A stretch of 64,000 nt of DNA, taken from contig NW_019028981.1 of NCBI RefSeq assembly GCF_002105155.1, positions 620,001 to 684,000 of the forward strand, written 5' to 3'. Positions 1 through 10,127 of the stretch are shown here, one piece after another. The notes beneath the pieces were generated by a model. The model was given only the letters and a program-made list of their open reading frames with translations, did no database searches and was not told the DNA's origin. Every line of letters starts with the position of its first letter. The first letter of the stretch is position 1. The position numbers and the translations under genes were made by a program. Source of the DNA: Lobosporangium transversale (taxonomy: Eukaryota).

Positions 1-240
1 GAAAGCATCGGGGAACCATAACAATGCAACCAACAAAAGTGCAAAGTAAAGCTGCATAGTATATTTCAACTATAGATAAATCATTTGTAATTCTGTATTT
101 AGTCCCAGTCGCATAAAGAATGCCAACATCTACTCTGAGCTACATACGAACTTGATAAGATATTCTGGTCAGTATTTGATGCTTAGGCAGCGGCTCTAGA
201 TCTAAGCCTGTGTCATGGAAGGCTTCCTGGTTATGGTGTT

Positions 241-604
241 TAGGGCTAAAATAAAGACCCCGTACAAATAAAAAAAAAGACCCCCCGTGCAAATAACTTT
301 TTTTTATTTGCACGGGGGGAGCGGTGTAAATAAGGTGTGTACGGGGCAGTGCAAATAGATTTTTTAAATATTTGTACGGGGCAGTGCAAATAGATTTTTT
401 AAATATTTGTACGGCCCCCGTGCAAATATCTTTTTTCTTTAATTTATCTCTGGCCCATGGCCCATTGTTTACTTTTTTAGCTTTTTTCGTTGGAGGGCAA
501 TTGCTTCCTGTCTATTGACATTTTTATTTGGATAAAATAATAACCCCTCTGCAAATAAAAAAAATTATTCGCATGGAGGGACAGTCTGAATAAGATGTGC
601 ACGC
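241..604. mobile_element. Palindromic/tandem repeat array, probable truncated DNA-transposon or MITE terminus
   Basis: About 10 copies of (C/A)GT(G/A)CAAATA in both orientations. Perfect 16-bp inverted repeat at 281-296/304-319. Perfect 35-bp tandem duplication at 338-372/373-407. Degenerate copy of the 281-345 unit at ~544-604. Begins TAGGG (hAT-like), but no partner TIR or transposase is seen. Confidence 0.5.
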
Positions 605-866
605 CTTTCTTTCAAAAGCCATCTGTGAAGAAAAAGACAAAGGTAGCACAGATGGGCAGTCTACGCAGCATAGTATACAAGTATTGCTTAAGCAAACAAG
701 ACATTTTTTTTTTCTTCTTTTTTCTATTAGTATTTAGTTTATAAGCAGGAGAATATGGTCTATTGCCTATTTGATCCTGGTAGTATTTTCAGCTTCTTGG
801 TCTTCAGTTAATTCCCGTCATAAGTTATTTCAAGCTCTTCTTCTCTTCTGCTTCCTTTCTGTTTCT

Positions 867-2659
867 CTAGCTCATATATCTACTTCCAAACTTATCCCGA
901 ATGATATCACAGCTTGGTGTAGTCATCCGTTCTGCAGCTTCCCACATCTTCTTGTCCCTACCGAAGAATCCCTGGGCTCGACTGTGGGCTAGCTCTTTGC
1001 GCTTGATCTCATTCAAACACTCGTTTCGCATATATTTTAAGTACGTTGTCTCGACATTTTCTTCCAGTTGAGTCAAAATCTGTTGTACTTTAACACCATT
1101 GATCACTTTGTTGAGATCTAACACATGTACGTCCCTCTTTTCACCACCACCAGGTTTCGTAAATGTGTTCCTGAATCTTCGTTCATTCACAAAGTAAGGA
1201 ACGTGATGTGCGCTAGTAAAACGTGCTGATTGATAAGATCCATGTGCACCCAATGAGAAATCGGAGGCTGCAGGTGAGCTGTCGCGAGAGGAAGAGGAAT
1301 CGCTATCTGAGAAAAAGTTTGATGTCAGGGAAATGATGAAGAGGAGGATCAGAGGTAGGATTTGAATCAGGCTGGAGAATCCACTAGTTGCACCGGCTCC
1401 CTGTGCCTGCTGCTGTGGTTGTCTTTGTGTTTGTTGCGTATATGGGCGGAAGGGTCGGGGACCAAATCCTGGTCCAGCAAACGTTGCAGAGTGGAATGCT
1501 ATAAAAAAAATATAAAAAAACAGTCAGCTTAAGCCTTTGACCTAAAATGAAGTGTTAGATAACATCAAATAGTAGCCTGACTTACAACCACCAAAGCTGC
1601 CGCCTCCAAAGAACATGTTGAAAAGCTCCTCCGGCGAGATTTCTTCGCCAAAGCCGTTCATGCCATTAAATCCTTGGCCCATAGGCGATGCTCTGTCATA
1701 ATTAACTCCAGAGCTCCTGCCACTCTCAGGTCCATGTTGATCAAAGATCGCTCGCTTTTGTGGATCGCTCAAAACTGTGAATGCCTTGGAGACGACTAAT
1801 AAATTGACAGAAAAAAAGTGAGTGATTGGTGCAATGCTTTTATCAAAAAGAGATGCCATGAAGACTTAAAAAGCTGTTCATATCTATCCTTTTTTTGGTT
1901 CATATTTTCTTTTCAGCTCATAAAATGACCAACGTTTGTTCAGTATTATAAACAGAGCAATTTGATCTGATTTGGACACCTGAAGGTTTTTTTATTCTTA
2001 CTCTTAAATGCTTCGTCCGCTCCTGGAGCACCGTTTTTGTCAGGATGCATCTGAAGTGCAAGCTAGAAATAAATTAAAGACAAATTATATTCTGAGTGTA
2101 TGTGTCTCTTTTCCCTCTCATTCTTGCATGTCTTGATATAGGCTAGTAGAGAATGACGAATTTTTTTTACCTTGCGATAAGCCTTCTTAATATCTGCGTC
2201 TGTTGCATCCTTGCTGACACCCAAAACTTTATAAAAGTCTCCACCAGAAGATCGAATCTTCTTCACTGCAGCGACTTGCTCTGGGGTATATTCTCGTTCC
2301 ACAGGCTTATGTTCTGGCGCTGGAGCTGAACGTGATCTAGGAGGGACAGAGCTAGATCTACCAGAGAACGATGATGACGATCCTGTTCCAGATCTTGATG
2401 ATGATGCGGGTTTTGGTGAGCTCTTTGTACTACTTGGAGTGGCAGGCGAGTCACCAGCAGTAGATGTGGTGCTGGATGTAGTTGCTTGTCCTGCCTCTTC
2501 CTCATGTTCAACCTTGTGAAGGAATGTATTTGCTTCAGGTGTGGGGAAGAGAGAAACGGATTTGTTGCCAAATTTTCGTGCGCTTGCATAATTTCCAGAG
2601 TTCAAATGGCGTCGAGCAATGTCGAGGCAACGCAAGGCCTCATCCTTATTGACTTCCAT
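867..2659 (-). CDS. ER-membrane J-domain co-chaperone, DNAJB12/DNAJB14/Hlj1 type (~463 aa, 4 exons)
   Basis: Exons 2659-2171, 2062-2002, 1795-1586, 1498-867 join in frame with GT-AG introns. N-terminus MEVNKDEALRCLDIA, J-domain with LALQMHPDKNGAPGADEAFK, ISPEELFNMFFGGG G/F region, TM segment LIQILPLILLFIISL, and a DUF1977-like C-terminus. Confidence 0.93.
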
Positions 2660-3001
2660 GCCTGGAAATATAAAAGTATTATGTATTATGTGTGTATAAT
2701 GAAAGAGGAATTGTGTTCAAAGAGTGTCAAAGAAACTAATAATAGTGAAAATAGAATGGTAATAGAAGATTGCTGAATAACTGTTCCCTTAATGCGGGAT
2801 CTTTTTTGCCTGCTTGCTTGTTGGTGTGCACAAAGATGAACTCGACTTTGGAATGATGCTATACAGCAGGATGATAAGGAAGACAAGAGAGAAAAAGAAA
2901 GAAAAAGAAGGATGTGTAAAAAGTAATCGAATCAATGGCGAGATGCTACCAAGTCCAAGTAAAGAATCATGTGACAGCCCAATAAGGTTGATTTTATTAA
3001 T

Positions 3002-4753
3002 TTACAGATGCACGAACTTGCGACACTTGGCAGATCCACACCGGCACGTTACCATGCCGTCAGTATAGCTGGACTCTTCAAAATCGTCGTCATTCCTAGG
3101 TGCGTGTGGAAGCCAAGGCTGGACATATTTTCCATTATAATCGAAGGTCAGTTCATCTCCTCGCTTTATCAATCTGTTTGACCAAAAGCTAAGAGTCATC
3201 ATATCTAAATCTCCTGCTGTTTGTCCGCTCATGAGCATGTGTACCGAAAGATTTGGATCACAAGAGTGATTGAAAAAGTGGGTCTCATTGCCATAAGTCG
3301 AGGCATCGATTGAATACTTGGCTTCTTTTTCTGTGTTGTAGTCCAAGTCAAAAAGCCAGGTTGCGCCTTCTTTATCATAGACACGTCCACGAACCTCTGC
3401 CTCCTGGTTTGTGATGATTTCTCCTGTATACCTGGCAACAAAGGTTCGTGGAGGGATGGGTTCGTCTTGATCCAGAACGACGCCCCACCCTTTCACAGGA
3501 AACCTCTTGATCTTCATGGCAAACTTACGATCCTGTTGCGATGCTCTGGAGATGCAAGTCGGTCCACAGCCGCATTCTGAGTGACATTCGTACAACACCT
3601 TGTCCGCATGTACTGATACACGGCCGTCCCGTTCAAAGGGCAAACATCTGAAAGCGTTCTCCATCTCTGCCTCTGCCATACAAGGGCATTTGTTTTCAAT
3701 ACTGCATTCCCCTGGCCCACACTCACATCTGCTCGAGAAACTAGGATCTGGCTTTTGTACACCATGGCCATATATGAATTCATCAGTGTATTTAAATCCT
3801 GGTGGGCAGGCAGCATTATCGATGGTGTTTTCAACAGAAATTTTGGCTCCTCTAGAAGCCTTAAAGATGTCTTCAAATTCCTGTAATTCTTTTGAAAGCG
3901 GAGCTGCTGGGGGGATAGTCTTTGATCAAAAAGGGTGACAATAGCGACAGTGAGAAGCTAATTGGTTTGAATAGAACAATCGGAAAAGTCCTTGTGATGA
4001 AGACGTGATAGCTTACCATGATTTCTTGCATGGTTTTCACTACAATTTTTTTTTTAGATCCCATTTTTGACTCTGCATTTGATGACATTGACGACGCTGA
4101 CGAAAGAGACGATGGTGAAGTTGACGAAGCACGGGACCTTGAGCCTACGGATGGGCCTTGATACGATGTCCGATCCCTACGTTCGTTCATGGACTTTAAA
4201 AAATCTTTGACTATCTCCTGGCAGTTATCAAGATTTTCTAAAGGTTCCCATGTGTTATCAGCATCACCGTACCCTTTCCACTTTACACGAAACTGTGGAG
4301 TATACTACATATTCATGTATGCCATTCCGGCATTAGATTAAAGAAATATTAGTGTGACTGGAAGAGCTTAAAATTCAATTCCTTATAACGGTACTTGGAT
4401 TGATCATTGAAGATTTCTTTTTTATGAAATCCTTACTCCAGGCTTCAAATCACGGATCCCGAGGATGGCTTCTACCTATGGTTTCAATGAGCGCGAGAGG
4501 AAGAAAAGAGAAAAAAGAGGTTAATCAACGCATAAAAGCTTTATAGTAGTCAAAAGAAACGTCCTGATATATTATTGGACACGGACCTTTAGTTGGTGGC
4601 GTTTTTTTCTTTTTATCTCTTTACCTCGTATTCGTTTTGTAATAAAAGAGGATCATTTGCTGATAAACCCTCTGCGTTGGAGCCAATAGTTATGCTATTT
4701 TTTGAGGTGTCATTCTCGGATACTCGTCGACGCTTAGTGGGTTTTTTACCCAT
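3002..4753 (-). CDS. clr4: Histone H3K9 methyltransferase Clr4/SUV39-like (chromo + pre-SET + SET + post-SET, ~457 aa)
   Basis: Exons 4753-4625, 4475-4437, 4304-4017, 3919-3002. Chromodomain EYEVEAIL...[21 protein letters not shown], Cys-rich pre-[24 protein letters not shown], and post-[12 protein letters not shown]. Confidence 0.93.
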
Positions 4754-5442
4754 AGTTAAATGGTTAATTATGGAAGGTGTTAGAATTCGTCGAGAACAGG
4801 ACTAAGAGTGCTACAACTGCGATGACTGAGAATAACAAGGAGTTTAAAGAACAGCAAGTTCCTGCATTTGCCACTTTTTTTTAGATGGAGCGAAATTAGA
4901 TGCTTTTAAAATGTCAGAGGATGTAAGAGAAGATGCGAAAAGAGATTAAACGGTCAAGCACAATTAGTTGGTTCTTTTGATGTGAATGTCAGTCACATAA
5001 TAATAAACTCAACACTTTGTGTTGTGTCCATGTGGAAATGGCAAGTGTGGAAAAAAAAAAAAAAAAAAACCTCCCCAGGAACAAAAAAATCGCCATATTT
5101 GGGTGTCCACAAGTCACTTTTCGAGCACAAAGAGCGAGCTGAACTAATTTCAGAACTGATCGGCAAACCGCCACTCGATCAGTCCCTCTTCTCTTTGTCG
5201 CTTCACTTCACCTTTTACTGTCTTTGTCGTTCACTCTCATCAGCAGCCTTTCATCCTTTTTTTTTTTTTTTTTTTTTTTTAAAGCCTGCTTAAATTCCAT
5301 TCAGCGGCATTTCCCTACTCCTGCTTTACTCGATTTATTTTGATCTACACGCAACTCACTTTCATTCTCGACTGCAGTCCCCGACATTGATTATTCATAT
5401 ATTCCATTGCCCCATATTAACCCTAATATAAAGTCTGCTGCA

Positions 5443-7114
5443 ATGTCCTCCAGTAGTGGGGTCACTTCCCCCTCAGCAACTACATCCTCCATCACACATC
5501 TGCAGCAAGCATTCAACTCTTCTCCTTCCCTCAAGCGAGCTCTTCCTCCAACAAGTGCTGTGGAACCGCAACCTCCGTATATTGATGTATGTCGCTATTT
5601 TCAATTGCTTCCCCAATTTTTCCAGCGCTTTAAGGCGAGTGTAATCAGAGTATCTCATGCTCTATCCTACCTTTTTTTCTTCATCGGCACCGTTTTGCTT
5701 TCAATTTAGGTCTTGATTGCTGGTGGTCTCGGAGGAACGATAGCCGATTTCATCATGCATAGGTAAAAAAAAAACTGTTCGTCCATAAATGAGAGCGCAT
5801 GGATGTCTGTGCTTTCTCAACATTAATTGTCCATGCATTTATTTAGTGTTGACACAGTTAAGACAAGGTTGCAAGGGCAGCCATCCGCCAACCCTCCTAA
5901 ATACAACAACATGTTCCATGCTTACAGCACAATCTTAAGAGAGGAAGGTGTCTCTAGAGGACTCTACAGCGGTGTAGCTCCGGCCATGACTGGTTCATGT
6001 AAATATTTTTTTTACCTCGTGATAAACATTATTGATTTTATAAAACGGTTCCTTGGTTCTTATTCTATTTTTTTTTTTTTTCCTTCATTACGATACATAG
6101 TACCAGGAACTACTCTTTACTTTGGAACGTATGAATATACCAAACGTACGCTGACTGCAGCAGGATGTCCCGATACATTGGCTCATCTGGCGGGTGGATC
6201 AATTGGTGATTTCTTTGCATCATTTATTTACGTTCCCTCAGAAGTCCTTAAGACTCGTATGCAGCTTCAAGGACGATATAACAACCCATCATTTATCAGT
6301 GGATACAACTACAAGAATACATTGCACGCACTTCAGATGATTGTGAAGTATGATGGTATTGGAGCATTGTATCAAGGATATCGTGCTACCCTTTTGAGAG
6401 ATGTCCCATTCTCGGCCCTCCAATTTGCATTTTATGGTAAATGACTCAAACTTTTAGCTTTCTTCGCTGATTCACATTCTAAGCAATGCTTCTAATATAT
6501 TTAATACACTTGGTCTTTTTTTTTTTTTTTTTTTTTTTTTTTTCAACATTTAGAGAAATTCAAGGTTGAAGGACGGAGATGGGAAGGACGAGAAGATGGT
6601 CAGATGTCATTACACATTGAGACCTTATGTGGTGCTATCGCTGGAGGGATGGCGGGATTTTTAACTACACCCCTGGATGTTATGAAGACGCTTTTGCAAA
6701 CTCAAGTGAAGAAGCCGACAGTAAGGGCCGCTAGATTGTTTTATTATTGCTATCGTTACAAGTAAGCATTATTAATCTAACGTTGCTTAATCTTAAATTC
6801 CTTTGTGTGTTATTAACTAGGCATCAATACCAACTTCAACCGCAGTTACAACAACAATGACAACGGCAGTGGCAGCAAATACCATCACAAATGCAGCGGC
6901 GCAACAAAAGTACTATGTAGGAATCTGGGATGGACTCAAATGGAACCTGAAGCATCATGGTGTAATTGGAGGGTTGTTTCGAGGTGTAGGCCCGAGAGTA
7001 TTTTGGACATCATTACAGAGTGCACTCATGTTTGTTATTTATGAGCAGGCTATCCATCTTCAAGAGAATATGCGATATTTCGGACAATGGCCATATGGAT
7101 CGGGCTCGAGTTAA
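5443..7114 (+). CDS. MME1: Mitochondrial carrier (SLC25), resembles yeast Mme1/YMR166C magnesium exporter
   Basis: Exons 5443-5586, 5710-5762, 5847-5998, 6101-6436, 6554-6720, 6821-7114. Carrier signatures [42 protein letters not shown] and [14 protein letters not shown], which I recall as closely matching Mme1. Confidence 0.85.
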
Positions 7115-8921
7115 ACGCGACTCTTTAAAGCTTTCGCTCTTTTTCTTTTCTTTTTCTTTCTTTCTTTCTTTCTTTTTTTTATTTAATCATATCTCCAACA
7201 AAAGAATTAAGAAAGAAAAGGAAAAAAAGCAACCGTTTTTTTTTTCTTCATTGTACAAATCCTATAGACTGCTCACTTTCACCATGTTTCTTTCTATTTT
7301 TCTCCTTTTCCCCCCCATTTATAATATATGCATATATATATATTTTATTAATTCCAAGCATTTTTTTTTTTTTATTTACTCTTGTTAACGTTCGCATCCT
7401 CATCCGAATCTATATTTCTGTCTCACGAATAAAATATAAATGGACATATTTGCATGCTAACACTCTCTTAGTGTGGGATGATACGCATTCTCACTAGCAG
7501 GAATGGCTTCCCACGCTTGAGACAAATATCCAGCGAGGCCCTGGGCAGTTGTAGGAGCCAATCATCTGGATCTTTTCAATAGAAATCAATTAATCTCTTT
7601 GATTGATGATAATGGAGCCGATAGAAGTCCTTTATCGCCTGACTATCCAGTTTTCTCAAATGAACAACAGCTGCCTTGCTAAGATGCATTGAAGATTTAC
7701 TTTGATAAGAGCTGCAAGACATGAAGACATAGAGCAAAAGTTATATACCGTGTCCTCGGTTTCCTTAAATGCGCTGAAAGTACGAGGTACAAATCAAATC
7801 TCGTACCTCATTAAAGGCTTGCCTTGAAGAAATGAAAACAGAAAACAACAGATTTATATCACTGCACAGGGGCTGAGAACACTGAATACATGAGAAATAC
7901 ATAAGCAGATTTTGGGCCAGTGTGAAGGACTATTTTGAAACAGGCGATTAAAGCCTTGTCAAGGAAGAACGACAGAAAAGGAACTTTTTTTTTGTGTATC
8001 AAATAGGGTGGATTCAGATGCCTCCTTTTGCTTCAACAGCTCCAGCACATTTGTGTCAAAGCAGAGTTATTCGTCGGCGTACAGATTCCAGTATTAATAA
8101 AGGAGATAAGGAGATAAGAGGGAAGCCGTTGGCTGCGTTAATTACCTGGAATGAAAATTACTTAATCACCCTCTTCTTGTTGTGTGGGGTTCTGTACAAC
8201 GCCTTGTAGATGGATGGGAGAAGGAGGGCAAGAGAGGGGTCTTGGTAGTCTTTTGGTGTGCGAGAATTTGATAGTCCACACAAATCTACAAAATGGTTAG
8301 GTATTCAATATGATATATTGAATTATAGCAAATAGAGAAGTGAGCTTCGTTGACATAGCCATGACTGAGGAAGATCAGGTCGCGTTGACCGTCTGTCTTA
8401 GGGATTTGTTTACACAAGGAGCTGCTGAAAACAAACTATAATGAAGACTGCAAGATAAATAGAATACATCCAATTTATGACTTTTTGGCAAGGACTCATT
8501 CATGGGCATGTTAAGGTCTGCTGCGCCACAGTGCCAGTCCCGATTCTGATCAAAGCCACAGCCTGTGATTGTTAAATAAGATCCAAGCAAATAAACAGTT
8601 GGTTTCTCTATCTCACTTTCAACAAACTGTACTTAACAGAACCGACATTCACTCCACAGCTAGGCTTATTACATCAATCACTAAAAAAAAGGAAGCAATT
8701 TCAGGACTAAAGAAGGAATACGCGAGCAGTTTGATTGCACAAGAAATAAGTGACAGGATACGAAAAAAAAGGGCTCCATATTGCATTGGGAAAACCTATC
8801 TCGATCCACTTTTCTCAAACTATTCTTGGAGTATACCCTCGGAAGAAAAATAAAAGAAAAAGCCACGACACACTCCCTTACCTGAGCTAAAGGAAAAGTG
8901 AAGGAATAAAGACAGATCTCG

Positions 8922-9170
8922 ATGGCATCAATAAAGGTAGAACAAACAGGCTCTATTATATCTACGGGTCCACAGATTGTCCTCCCTGGAGATCTATTAC
9001 CATCTGCGGAGACAGGACTGTTAGAGGATGCCCCCACGGCACCAGTGATCAAACTCGGGCCAGGTCTTCAACCTATGGATGATGATAGCATTGCAGCCGT
9101 CAAGGCTGGTGTGTTAAAGCATACAGCGGTTGGAAATCGGTGGTGGGTCGAAAGTAATCAGCGTCGCGTA

Positions 9171-9204
<34 letters not shown>

Positions 9205-9315
9205 GTAGTATCTAGTAGCCACTATTCATTGTTCTTTTAGGTAAGTAGCCTGAAGATATTGTTTACTAATGAAAAGTAAAACTGTTTGCTTGCTTTTTTT
9301 ATTTTTTTTTTTTTA

Positions 9316-9361
<46 letters not shown>

Positions 9362-9563
9362 GACAGTATGTAGCAGCAGCAGGAGAATCAGTGATTGGGG
9401 TAGTTGTTGGGAAGACAGTAGAACATTATAAAGTGGATATTGGGACAGCTCAACCGGCGCTTCTGGGTGTTTTGGCTTTTGAAGGGGCCACCAAACGTAA
9501 CAAACCTGATATCAAGGTAACATTGATATGCATATTTACATTTTGAGATAGTAGCCAAACAGC

Positions 9564-9596
<33 letters not shown>

Positions 9597-9992
9597 ATTA
9601 AAACTTCTTACTTGATGCTTCTTCTGAACTGATAGATTGGTGCACTCATCTACTGTAGAGTATCACTGGCTAACAAAGATATGGAAGCAGAGTTGGAATG
9701 CTTTAATCCTTCAACGGGAAAAGCTGATGGGTATGGGGAATTGAAATCTGGATTCTTGATCAAGGTTTCTCTGGGTTTGGCTCGCCGGCTATTAGATCCC
9801 AAGACTCTAATCTTGCGACTGTTAGGTCAACATATCCCCTTTGAGACCGCTATTGGCATGAACGGTAAAGTTTGGATTCATTCTGCAGAGCCAAAGCATA
9901 CCATCTTAATTTGCAATGCCATCAAGAATTCTGAGTATTTGAACAAGGATGAATGTGCGGTTATGGTCAAAGCTTTGTTCGAGAAGCTGTGA
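8922..9992 (+). CDS. RRP40: RNA exosome cap subunit Rrp40/EXOSC3
   Basis: Exons 8922-9167, 9367-9516, 9636-9992. IVLPGD, KLGPGL, ESNQRRYV...ESVIGVV, LAFEGATKRNKPD (S1 domain), PFETAIGMNGKVWI (KH domain). Confidence 0.95.
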
Positions 9993-10127
9993 GAGAAAAT
10001 TAAGAAAAAGGAAAGATAGCAAAAAAAAAAAAAAAGATGGATATGAAGAGAAGCAAATAGACATATGAAAGCACATTAAAAAAATGAGGACCCTGTAATT
10101 TATTGATTTTTTTTCCTATTAATAAAC

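Noticed and set aside
338..414. 35-bp direct repeats as a possible CRISPR array
   Set aside because: The repeats are contiguous with no spacers, the context is eukaryotic, and there are no cas genes.
7455..7600. Minus-strand peptide PTTAQGLAGYLSQAWEAIP, reminiscent of a Tc1/mariner C-terminus
   Set aside because: Too short, with no convincing DDE or SPDLNPIE motif and no TIRs.
9205..9238. GTAGTATCT...GTTCTTTT resembles the U2 snRNA branch-recognition region split by 17 nt
   Set aside because: Two short matches in T-rich sequence with no other U2 features; chance cannot be excluded.
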